A stretch of 64,000 nucleotides of DNA from Eledone cirrhosa (taxonomy: Eukaryota): the NCBI GenBank assembly GCA_964016885.1, contig OZ024746.1, positions 13,330,001-13,394,000 on the forward strand. Direction: 5' to 3'. The position numbers and the translations under genes are program-made. The notes beneath the pieces are model-generated. The model saw nothing but the letters and a program-made list of their open reading frames with translations, was not told the origin of the DNA and did no database searches. Below are positions 52,771-64,000 of the stretch, in pieces. Within the stretch, counting starts at the first letter, position 1, and every line of letters starts with the position of its first letter.

Positions 52771-55759
52771 CTAATGAAAACCTGTTATTATTTATTTTTA
52801 CGAGTGCCTTTAAGTGTAATATATATTGCTATTAAAACTTTTTAACATTCACGATTCCACATTGAAATTCCAAAAAAAAAATTGTCCTGATCAGTTCAAA
52901 ATTAATATGAGAAATATGATGATTAACGTGGTCAATGTAATGGTTAATTAATTAACTGAAAGTTTGGTTTAGATATTTATATTAAATATTTTCTCCAAAC
53001 AATCTATGATTATTTCCTATATGGGCCTCCTTATAATGTGACTACCCCGCTCCTTATCAGCTAACTAGTGGCACATGCGCATTTACATTTCACCTCTGCT
53101 CTTGTTGGTTTCGCACACTTCAACAGAACCGGCTAATTTCAGAACTACTCATTTGGCTTATAACAAACATTCTGTATTTTATGTTGAAACTCAATTGTTT
53201 AGTGTTTTTCTACATGTATTGAAACATATTTGCTCAACTAACTTACGATTTTTGTGATGTATATAATAAAAGGTAACTGCTTTAAATCGGTGTTTGGTTG
53301 TGCTTCTAAAAATGAACTGACAGAAAAATAATCAGTTTTTTTTTTTTTGTATCGTTTTAATTTACTTCACATTTTGACTTAAAATAATCTGTCATTCAAT
53401 TGTGTTATTCAAATCTATAATAAACAAGAGGAATACGTCACTTGAATAATTGTACTTTGGTAGGAAAATTACACTGCTCTGACGTTTTATGAGGAAATAA
53501 ACGTAAAGCAAGTCGTTAGATAGGTTGGCAAAATAATTACACACACATTGCTATTATTGTAACAAGAAAGACGATGGCTTGTCCGTTTTCTCTCTATACA
53601 GACAGGCGATTGTATTATTTTTCTGTTAGAAGTAAAAATAAAATCATTTTCAGTATAAATAAAATTCAACGACTGTTAAAACATATATTTAGTAGTAATT
53701 AGAATTATAAATAAAATGTTCAATGATTATCTACGCGATGTTTTTTTTTTGGGGGGGGGGGGCAGTTGTTTAACTTTGACCGCATCGTTTTTGTTTATTG
53801 TTAATTATTTTTTCATATCTATTTTCGCATAAGAGGCCCTCTTAATTCGGTTCGTGCACTTACGATGTCCTGTTTTGTTGCTATGTAAACAAAGAAGTCA
53901 CGTGAACACCTACCATAAGCCTGCTTGTATCAGCTGTTATAATCCAACGTGTGTGATGCTCGCCTCAAACTCTGCATCCCTCCTAAATTATGTACATGCA
54001 AACATTATGCCGAACCAAATGAATTAGATGTGATCAAGAACTGCACTATTACTATTTCCAATTTCCTTAGGCTTTCTATACATAAATCACTCTCTAATGC
54101 ATACATAATTTTTGTAGTGCTTTAGCAAAATACTCGAAAGCGCAATAACCCCGAACTTGTGTTCTAACAATTTCTACAGCATAAAATATGGTTAATTGAC
54201 ATGTGTAATAAACACAGTTATTCAGGCCTAGATTATTCCTTCCTCTATTAAAAAAAAAAAAAATGTAAATATTAGCAACAAATATTTTACATTCTACCAA
54301 AACTGCGTTAGCAAGGTTTATTAAATATTTAGTGGTTTATCACGCATCTGTTTGCACCGAAGTTGCATCAGAAATTTAGCCATTCTTCTTTTACCTAAAG
54401 AACTATAGAATGGACTGAAATTGCTTCGGTTTCGACGATGAGTGTTCCTGTTGTTAAATCAAAGGAAGAGCCAACTCATGAAATTAACTTGTAAGCGGCT
54501 GAGCTTCCACAAACACATGTATCCTTGGCATAATTCTTAGAGGGGTTCGGCGTCATACAGTGTGTAACAAGGTTAGCTCTTTAAATTACAGGCACGGTCC
54601 ATCCTACCAGCTTCAAAATAGTTTCAGTGTACTCAATTTCACTCTTGCTCTGGGTCTCCCGCCGGTTGGTTTTGCCCGCGAAATGCGTCCAGTTATTCTT
54701 TCCTCAGACATTCTAACCCATGCCAATAGAATCGGAGCTGTGATCTCTTAGTTCAGAGAAGTAGCACCTCTACCTGGGGTGACTCTGGTCTCCGAGCTAA
54801 GCACTCTATCAAGTAAGATTACTCCAAAGACCCTTCGGAGAAACCCCTATTTCGGCCGCTTGTATCCGTGATTGTATTATTTTGGTAAAAGACGCCTAAA
54901 ATACCATCTTCTGAAGAACTATAAAACAATCTCTTCTACATAGATGCAATATGTGAGGCTCTACCATATGTGTATTTAATATGGTGAATGTTCCCCTGAG
55001 GTATTTCCTTCAATTTATAGGCAGACATTCTTGCTTGGAATTGTTATGCTTCACCTAGTTCTCAAAATAAAACAAAATGTTGATTTCTAAATTAGGCACA
55101 AGGCCAGCAACTTGGGGGAAGGTCGATTATATCAACCTCCATATATACTATATATATATATCGAGAGAGATACTGTAGTGCTGTGACTAGGGAGACTCAA
55201 TATATGGGGAGATGGAATTTTACATATATATATGTAACTGCAGAGGAGAAATTTCAGTGAATGAGACTCAAAAAGGCATTGGGATAAAACAGAGAAGACC
55301 AACTTTAGCTGAATTTATGACAGAGATGACAAAAGATAATAAGTATTGATGACTAGCTGTACTTGAGAAGACCTGCATACCAGGATAAAGTTAGAGAGGT
55401 GTCATGCCCTTAACACAACTAAAGAGGCCTCTCAACTTTTTTGGGGGTATGGTTTCTACAACTGGATACAATTCCTACCATTAAGCACTTTACAGGAAGT
55501 ACTGAATGCGTTTTTCATAGCACCAACACTAGAGAGGTCATGTAGCTGGAAGGACTTCTACTTTTTTGTCATGGTTTCTATGGCTGGAAACCCTTTCTAA
55601 CACTAACCAATTTACAGAGTGTGCTGGGTGCATTTTATCATGACACCAGTATTAGGGAGGTTGTTGCACATAGACTCAGACACATCAGAAGAGTCGTCTC
55701 TAAGATGAGGGGAGGTTACTAAGGAGAGCCATCAATAGAGTGAGAAAAGATAATGAGAG

Positions 55760-56720
55760 GAATTCAATGTGCAGGTTCAATCAAGGTTCAGTCTTCAGCC
55801 TACTTCTGTTTATTATAATTCTCCAGGGGAATTTAAAACTGGCAGTTCATGGGAATCTCTGTATGCTGACAGCTTGGTTCTTATAGCTGAATCTGTGGAA
55901 GAGCTAGAGAAGAAATTCCACCTTTGGAAACAGAACTTAGAATCCAAAAGACTTTAAAAAAACTTGGGAAAAATCCAAGTTTTAGTAAGGAGGCAATAAC
56001 CTGATCCCATCAAGAAAGTGGTTTTGCTTGAAATATAGAGAAGGAGTTGTTGGTAGAAACTCTATACAATGAACTCAATGTAATTTTTAGTACACAGGAG
56101 GTATATTGAGATAGCAGGCAGACTAACGGAAAAGGTAAACTTTGTATGTGGCAGATGCACAGGGATAGTTGATTGTAAGAGCATTAATGAAATAAACTTT
56201 TTTCCAATTCCAAGAAGGATCCATAGAAGTGGTTGAGGCCTTAGACTACCTAGGTGATCTAGTTAAAAGTGGAGGAGATTACTCTGAGAGCATAGTAGCT
56301 AGAATAAGAACAGGATGGAAAAAGTTCATTGAACAAAAGCTTTCTCTCTATGAATAAAAAGCTGGATGGATGATGTCTGTGGGGGGATGTTGCATGATAA
56401 TGAGAAAGGACAGTGAATGCAGAAGATATGAACAGCCTAAAGAGAAATTACTATGCTCCATTGGATGTACCATGTTAGTGTGCGTGAACAACAAAGCATG
56501 AATAAACTGACAGAAAAGCTAAGTATAAGAGGAATCAGTAGTGTGCAGGAAATGGGTGAAGAAGTGTCAATTAATCCTAATGGAGGGAAGCTGGAGTATA
56601 GGGAGTGCAAGAGAGACCTGAGTGATGTGAGAGTTAATCTCAAATTGCTGAAGCTCAAAGAAGAGATAACAAAAGACCACAATGAGTGGAGTGATGTTGT
56701 ATTGGAAAAAACTCATCTGA
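55760..56720 (+). mobile_element. Old degraded RTE LINE fragment (RT C-terminal half)
   Basis: WESLYADSLVLIAES, decayed PHD, DYLGD, MLHWMYHVS; many stops. Confidence 0.85.
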
Positions 56721-56721
56721 C

Positions 56722-56935
56722 TCATTTAAACATCTATGTACCCAAGATTTATATTGTGTACAGTGTATGGAGTTTATGCCTACTCCTTTTCTACATATTG
56801 AACAAGGCTGCTCCCCTAGGCTAAAATTACTTTCAGACCTTTTAATTTGAAATTCTGTTTCCATAGTCAGAACTTATTCTCTAGTTCTTTTATTGATTTA
56901 GCTATAAGGACCAAATCATCTGCATAGAGAAGTTC
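56722..56935 (-). mobile_element. RTE LINE fragment duplicating part of 57300-57550 with internal deletions
   Basis: Shared strings tgtacccaagattta.attgt, cctactccttttctacatattga, aaattctgtttccatag, gatttagctataaggaccaa. Confidence 0.75.
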
Positions 56936-56939
56936 TCTC

Positions 56940-58820
56940 CAGTCTATGCATATCTCCTGCAGTCACTGCCTATCTTTCACTACTATGCAACATCACACAC
57001 AGGTGTCATGCAGTTGTCTTTTTGTACGTAGGGAGAAACCTTTTGTTCTCAACAGTGGGAGTAGCTCTCTAAACTCTTCCATTCTATCCTTATTTATTCT
57101 AACTATTATGTTCTCAGAACACCTCCCTCTGCTGCTAATTAAGTCACCTAGTTAGCAGAAGTTATCAATCACATCTATGTATCCTTCCTGTGACCTGAAG
57201 AAGTTTATATCACTGACACTCTTTTCCTTCATTACTCCTGTGCATCTTTTACATACAAAGTCTTCCTTTCCTGTTAGACTACCTGTTATCCTACTACATC
57301 TTTTGTGTACCCAAGATTTACATTGTGTACATTGTATGGAGTTTAGGCCTACTCCTTTTCTACATATTGAGCAGAGCCACTTCCCTGAGGGGATCAGTGT
57401 CCTATCTTCTTTCTTACTCACTACCACTTTAGTTTTGGCTAAGATTCACCTCAGACACTTTGATTCCAAATTCTGTTTCCATAGACAAAACTTATTTTCT
57501 AGTTCTTTTATGGATTTAGCTATAAGGACCAATTCATCTGCATAGAGAAGTTTCTATGGACAATCAGTTTTAAACTCCTCTGTTATGGCCTAGAGGATTA
57601 TGATGAACAGTGGTGGGCTAAGAACCAAACTTTGATGAACTCTTACCTTGAATTCCTCACTAAAATCACACCATACTCTTACTTCACTGACAGCTCCTCT
57701 GTACATGGCTTGCACTGCCCTCACCAGCCATTCTTCTACACCTAATTTCCTTCAGGACCACCAAATAATGGATCAAAGTACTCTATCAAAGCCTTTTTTA
57801 GATCAACAATAGCTAAATATAGTGGCTTATTCTTGGCTAGGAACTTCTGTAGTTGCCTCACCAATAAGAGGGCACCTGTAGTACTTTTCCCAGGCATTAA
57901 ACCAAACTGCATCTCATCTAATTTGACTCTTTCCCAAATTAACTGTGCTATATCTCTTTCTGTCACTTTCATAATTTGTCCATTAGTTTTATTTCTCTGT
58001 AGTTGCTCCTTTCTAGAGCACCTCATTTGCCTTTGTAGCAATTTATGATTGTACTGCTGTACCAGTAATTGGCTGTGTGGGTTAGTAGTTCGACTCCTAC
58101 TTCTGCCGATGCTTTTAGCATCTCGGCAACTATCTCCGAAGGCCCCACAGCTTTACCATTTTTCATCTCTTTGACCCTATACCTGTTAACTTCAGTAGCT
58201 GGTCCTTCTGTTGGTTTCTTTTCTTCCCATTCATTCTCTACGTTCACCAGTCTCTCATAGTAACATTTCCAGGGTTTTTTCTTTTGGGAATCAGTGGTAC
58301 TAAGTGTACCAGCATCATTTCTAACACATTTTCTGCCAACATCTTGATTTACACTAACACATTGCCTTGCAATATGAAACACTTCATGTCTCTGGTCCTC
58401 ACATCTTAAGACATTGCCAAACTTTCAATTTTCAGCCTTTCTCCAAGCTGTGTATACTTGTCTAGCTTCTCCACCACCAGGTCAACTTGTCTGGTTGGTG
58501 CTTTACTCCAGCCACAGATCTTGTCAGTGGTTTGCAAAAGGATGTCACGTAGGAATTTTCAGTTGACTTCTACATTATATGTACCTAGTTCATAACTCCT
58601 CTCATCTACAACATCCTGTAGGGCCTTTCTAAACTTTAGCTTCCAAACCCTCTGTCTCTAGATTTTCTTGCGTATCTTGCTCTGTCTTGTGTTTATTTTG
58701 ATTATGCTAATAACTAACTTGTGTTGGGCAGTGTATTCTTCCCCAAAGAAGGCGTTAGTGTTTATTACAGTCCATTTATTTTGTCTTACGATTAAGTAAT
58801 CAATTTGGTTTGTCTGTTCA
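56940..58820 (-). mobile_element. Older degraded RTE LINE (end of APE endonuclease, RT, PHD), frameshifted
   Basis: ORF pieces NQIDYLIV...[50 protein letters not shown]. Confidence 0.88.
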
Positions 58821-58845
58821 CAATATATATATATATATATTGTGA

Positions 58846-60270
58846 ATGGTCATGAAGGTCACAGAAAGAGTTATAGCGCAACTAATCAGAGAGCGAATTG
58901 ATCTAGATGAAATGCAGTTTGGGTTTGTGTCAGGTAAAAGTACCACAGACGGTCTTTTCCTTGTACGACAATTACAAGAGAAGTACCTAGCTAAAAGTAA
59001 ACCCCTCTACTTAGCTTTTGTAGACCTGGAGAAAGCTTTTGACAGAGTCCCCTGCTCCATTATCTGGTGGCCTCTTAGAAAACTAGGTGTAGATGAATGG
59101 CTTGTGAGAGCTATACAAGCTATGTATAATGAAACAGTCAGTAAGGTTAGAATTAACAATGAATATTGTGAAGAATTTAGTGTAAAAGTTAGCTTTCATC
59201 AAGGCTCTGTCCTTAGCCCCCTCTTATTTATTATTGCCCTTCAGGCTATAACAGAGGAGTTCAAGACTGGCTGCCCATGGGAACTCCTATACGCAGATGA
59301 TCTAACGCTCATAGCTGAATCAATGGCTGAACTAGAGAAGAAATTTGAAACATGGAAGCATGGCCTAGAATCAAAAGGCCTTAAAGTTAACTTGTCTAAG
59401 ACTAAAGTTCTAGTTTGTAGAAAGGAAAATAGGGCACAGGTGCCCTCAGGGAAATGGCCATGCTCAGTGTGTAGGAAAGGAGTAGGCAGAAATTCCATTT
59501 TATGTCCCAAATGCAAAGTATGGGTACATAAAAGATGTAGTGGGAACACAGGTAAACTATCTAAGAACGTAGACTTTATATGTGGCCAATGCTCAGGTGC
59601 AATAAGTAGCAAGTGTCCAAAGGATACTAGCTCCTTCTATTGCCCAGATGGTTCTATAGAAATAGTAGACACTTTCCGTTACCTGGGTGACGAAACCAGC
59701 AGTGGTGGAGGGTGTTCTGAAAATACAGTAGCCAGAGTCAGAACGGGATGGAAAAAGTTCAGAGAGCTTATACCACTGTTGGCCACAAAAGGTTTCTCTT
59801 TAAAAATGAAAGGCAGATTGTATGATGCCTGTATACGAACAGCAATGCTACATGGCAGTGAGACATGGGCATTACGTGCAGAGGACCTGCATAGACTGGA
59901 AAGGAACGAAGCATGCATGCTCCGTTGGATGTATAATAGTAATATACGTGAACAGCAAAGCATAAATGAACTAAGTGAGAAATTAGAAATAAGAGGGATC
60001 AGATGCTGTTTACTTGAGAGAAGACTATGTTGGTATGGTCACGTGATGCGCATGAAAGACGACAGCTGCATAAAAAAGTGCAGGGCGATCAAAATTGATG
60101 GTAGTTACGGAGTAGGTAGACCCAGAAAAACCTGGGATGATCTGATAAATTCCAACCTCACACACTTACATCTCTCTAAGACAATGTCTCTGGACCGAGA
60201 TCTTTGGCTCTACGCAGTAATACAGAAGACCCGCCTTGCCTATGTACAAAGCGAAACCTACAGTCAGTAG
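58846..60270 (+). CDS. LINE ORF2 fragment (474 aa): RT with PHD finger
   Basis: [37 protein letters not shown]...CPKC...H..C...CGQC at 59461-59592. Confidence 0.88.
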   Translation: MVMKVTERVIAQLIRERIDLDEMQFGFVSGKSTTDGLFLVRQLQEKYLAKSKPLYLAFVDLEKAFDRVPCSIIWWPLRKLGVDEWLVRAIQAMYNETVSKVRINNEYCEEFSVKVSFHQGSVLSPLLFIIALQAITEEFKTGCPWELLYADDLTLIAESMAELEKKFETWKHGLESKGLKVNLSKTKVLVCRKENRAQVPSGKWPCSVCRKGVGRNSILCPKCKVWVHKRCSGNTGKLSKNVDFICGQCSGAISSKCPKDTSSFYCPDGSIEIVDTFRYLGDETSSGGGCSENTVARVRTGWKKFRELIPLLATKGFSLKMKGRLYDACIRTAMLHGSETWALRAEDLHRLERNEACMLRWMYNSNIREQQSINELSEKLEIRGIRCCLLERRLCWYGHVMRMKDDSCIKKCRAIKIDGSYGVGRPRKTWDDLINSNLTHLHLSKTMSLDRDLWLYAVIQKTRLAYVQSETYSQ

Positions 60271-60620
60271 GCACTTCTTAACCAAATATACACCCCAATT
60301 CACTACCCCTACCCTATCCTCCCACTCCCACCAACAGCAGGAGAAAATGAGATCAAGATCGTGTAGGTGTCATGACAAAAAAACACACACAGTCCACGCT
60401 GTAATGTGGTCGTGGAGGTAACACAGTAAAAAGTTCCCAGTTCCACACTGTAAATGTGGTTGGTGTTAGGAAGGGCATCCAGCCATAGAAAACCTGCCAG
60501 ATAGTCCTATATGAGCGAGACACGGTCACCCGACCAGCCTTGCCTCAAGTAGGACAACTCCCGTCTAACCCATGCTAGCGTGGAAAATGGACGTTAAACG
60601 AAGATGATGATGATGATGAT
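58846..60620 (+). mobile_element. Second young 5'-truncated copy of the same RTE LINE family
   Basis: Highly similar to the 27001-29575 copy; 3'UTR ends GGACGTTAAACGAAGATGATGATG then (TA)n. Confidence 0.93.
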
Positions 60621-62923
60621 ATATATATATGATGTTGGTGTCCTTTTAGTGATCTGAAGTTGGTGTTGGAATGATGTAAGTGTATTTAGAGTGTATGTGT
60701 TGGTTGAAGGTTGGAGGCTGTCTGCCCCACAGATACACATTGACTGAGTATAATTAAAGTGTTTTTGTAGGTTATCTGGAGCCAGTGGTTTGAAATTCAC
60801 AAACAAGGCATTTCACTGGGGGCAGCAAAATGTTAGTCACAGCTTGTTGCAGTATATGTAACTTCTCAGAGTCAAATTTGCCAGTTGTGGTCCTCAGGTC
60901 GGGAAGAGGGGTAGTTTGTCCTAGAGGCTCCATTTAACGCTGACGATGCTGTTCCCTTAATTGCAGAGACTTGAGATGAAAAGGGACAGGGATGTGGAAT
61001 TTTCCCTCTTCCTGCAGCTAAAGGAGTATATATGTTGGGTATATCTACTGTTGAACCCATTAGATGTTAGGTCTGTATAATACCTCTGGTAATGGTAAAA
61101 GCATGACCCAGCAGTTTAGTGTTAGATGGTTGTTAACAAAACGAACTGTTGATTTGTCACTTGCTTACCACGAACGTAACAATATGAGATATTCTCTAGA
61201 ACTTCTGTCGAGCGAGAATAGAAGTGGTGACGTTCAAGCCCTTCCCCCAGAAGTAATTAAAGACGTAAGTGGAAAAAAAGCTAAAGTCGAAAATCAGGAA
61301 GGTGCGATTATAAGGTCGTCAGTTCAATTGCATATTGTATCCTTGAGCAAGACACTTTATTTCACGTTGTTCATTCCACTCACCTGGCCAAAATGAGTTG
61401 TGCCTGTGCTATGCTGAATCTCCCCGAGAACTACGTTAAGGGTACACATGTCTGTAGAATGCTCAATCATTTGTATATTAATTTCGCAGGCAATCTGTTT
61501 CATTGATTGAATCGACTGGAACACTCGTCGGAATCTATAGAGGTCTAACGCATACACAATTGTAAAACGAAACCAAGTGATAATTCGTATGGCGCACAAT
61601 AGATTTTAAAAAAAAATTGTTCAACACGTGGGATTAAATAACAGAATTCATAATAAAACTTCCTCCTCACTTGCCTCGTAATAATCAGCATAGTAAATTT
61701 TTACATGTAATTATTGTAAGGAATTCAGTCGTATGAAATTGATTATATATGTATGAGATAAATATATTTCGATCGAATGACAATATATTGAAGTAAAGGC
61801 TATAACGTATTCTTCGTATTTTGACCTATTATTGTTAACAGACATTTCATATTGTGGCAAACGTTACAAGGCGCTCAATAAATAATACATTGTTTTTAAA
61901 TAATTTAAAATGTGGACTAAATTTCTCTTTTTTCAAGCTTCCCTCCCACTTAATATATTTTATTCAGTGTCTATGTAGGCACATTCAAGGATCCAAAAAT
62001 ATTATTTTGAATAGACATCAATAAATATAAATGTTCATTTAAATACAAAAAAAACGAATCAATATATGTTTGTTTACTTCTTAAAAACTCAAAGCTTTTG
62101 TTTTTTTCTGGCACAACTACAGACCTTTTTCATAATCTATATTTTAAATGAAATTTTACTGAGGTACATTTTATTAGTGAAAAAAAAAAAAATCGCAATT
62201 CATTATTGTAGAAATGACATTATATTCCTGTAATCAACATCTTCGATTAATCTACGTCTTCGAAAACGCTATCTCTGTAAAATATCATTAAAAATATGAA
62301 TTATTAAGTTATAAAGAAACAAAGTCGGAAGAGGGGGGGGGGGGGGGGGGCATTAAGTTATGTCCATTTTTATTTTTTTCCTTGATAAACCTCGTAAGAT
62401 ACATTTACTATGTTTTCTTACAATCTTAACTCATACTTCGCAATAGAATAAGGGTTATGACCGCATGGACGAGTATACAAAGTGTTCCCCACTTTATCAC
62501 ACTCTGAGACTCAATATCTATTCTCAATATATTGTGGTAGTTCTTAGAAAATTTACAACTGACATTGTTTATTGAGTTTAATTTTAGTCATGAAATTAAT
62601 AGAAATATTTGTTATAAAATTCTCCAGGATATTCTTTTTGATATATTTTACTTCATATATAATTAAATGAAGCACGAGATTCGTTCAGAAAATGTTTTTC
62701 GACTCATAGTTTTAATGATTAGATAAATACGACGTAGAAAAATCTTCGCTTCACCTTGCGTATTTAGTCGATAAACAAAAAGCATGAAAGAAAATATTTA
62801 CTTATACTTTCACTATTTAATAATCATTTACAGTAAAACACCATAAAGATGTCATATTTATTCCTCTATATAATATAGATCCCATAATTTTCTATTTTTT
62901 AAATTTCCGCCTGTCAAACAATG

Positions 62924-63192
62924 CTACAACGGTTACCGTTATTTTCAGTTATTCCCCTTGATAGGTAGTGTTTCTATTTATTGTCGCTAGAGTGCGAGTT
63001 AGATCTACTTTCTGATTGGTTATTAAACTACCATCCGCTGTCTCAGGCTTACTACAACCGATTACTGTAATTATTTCAGTTATCGCCCTTGATAGGTTGA
63101 GTGTTTCTATTTATTGCCGGTAGAGTGAGAGTTAGATCTACTTTCTGATTGGTTATTATACTACCTTCAACTGTCTCAGTCTTACTACAACC
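62924..63192. repeat. Diverged ~130-bp tandem duplication, each copy containing a CCAAT box (CTGATTGGTT)
   Basis: Two copies of ...ttcagttat..cccttgatagg..gtgtttctatttattg..tagagtg.gagttagatctactttctgattggttatta..ctacc..ctgtctcag.cttactacaac. Confidence 0.8.
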
Positions 63193-63890
63193 GGTCGTTA
63201 TAATGGAAGGAGATTATTCGCCTCCTTCTCCTAGGAAGGTGAGATATACACATATATATTTTAAAATCTTATTTTAACTAATTCACGTTCCTTGTATTAC
63301 CTATTCCTCATAAACGACCTTCCCCAAGATAATTATTTTGGGCGATCTCTATTAAACCTCCATTAAGCCACCCTGCATATACCATATTTTCTTTTAGTTC
63401 GGTAAATTTAAAGAAATTGCATTGATTAAAATTGTCTCTTAGAAGTTAGAATCAGGGAGAAACTGGTAAATTATTAGTCTGAGGAATTATTTAGAAAGAA
63501 TTGATAATTAAGACCCCCCCCCCCAAAAAAAAATGAAACTACGTTATATTTTTGCTCGTTAAATGTTATATATTATAGTTAGTAAAACTCCCTTTTAATT
63601 GTTCATATTTCTAATATTCTAAGGCGACAAAGAAAGAAATAGTCGAAGATGAAACAATTTTGGCTACTTTCTTTTTAATAAATGTTAAAAAAAATTAAAT
63701 AAAATTTATGCAAATACTCAAAGTGAAATTTAAACGTAAATGTGGGGCAAAAATACAACAATCGTTATTAAGGCGGCAATTGAGATGTTAATTTTTAAAA
63801 TTAAACATTATTATTTCTATTTAAATTTACTGGTTTCACTAAATTATTGCAAAATAATAATAGCAACATATATAATTAATATATCATTAC

Positions 63891-63950
63891 CGAATGTTCG
63901 CCATGTTGTCTATATAATCGCTTATCTGATGGCGTAACCGGAAAGTTTAT
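63891..63950 (-). promoter_or_regulatory. Second candidate promoter / first exon (acaacATGGCGAACATTCG|GTAAT)
   Basis: YY1/Kozak-like AACATGGCG on the minus strand followed by a GT donor (63889-63890). ETS-like CCGGAA at 63938-63943 and a second ATGGCG at 63929-63934. The surrounding sequence is repeat-poor and retains CpGs. Confidence 0.4.
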
Positions 63951-64000
63951 AAATTTCTTGGGTTTTACATTATTCTTGAGTGAAATATAATTTTTTGAAG

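Overview
AT-rich, repeat-dense animal genomic DNA. The repeat families (CORE-type and Meta-domain-like tRNA-SINEs, RTE-clade LINEs, very long TA microsatellites) fit a cephalopod, most likely an octopod; this is inferred, not verified. Most of the window appears to be intron of one unidentified minus-strand gene. Its predicted exons are a start exon (MADPQE, 13504-13579), a 15-nt microexon (4362-4376) and a 144-nt exon (262-405), with candidate promoters/first exons near 52.7 kb and 63.9 kb. The only long real ORFs are two 5'-truncated RTE-type LINE ORF2 copies (27362-29575 minus; 58846-60270 plus), each with a PHD finger inside the RT region. The poly-IY ORFs in the track are artefacts of (TA)n arrays. 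Most notable: (1) a U6 snRNA-SINE chimeric retrocopy enclosed by one 13-bp target-site duplication (40201-40521); (2) three back-to-back fold-back Penelope-like elements carrying hammerhead ribozyme motifs, just upstream of the microexon (5155-6669); (3) (TA)n arrays holding several retroelement families, including an ~8.5-kb array.
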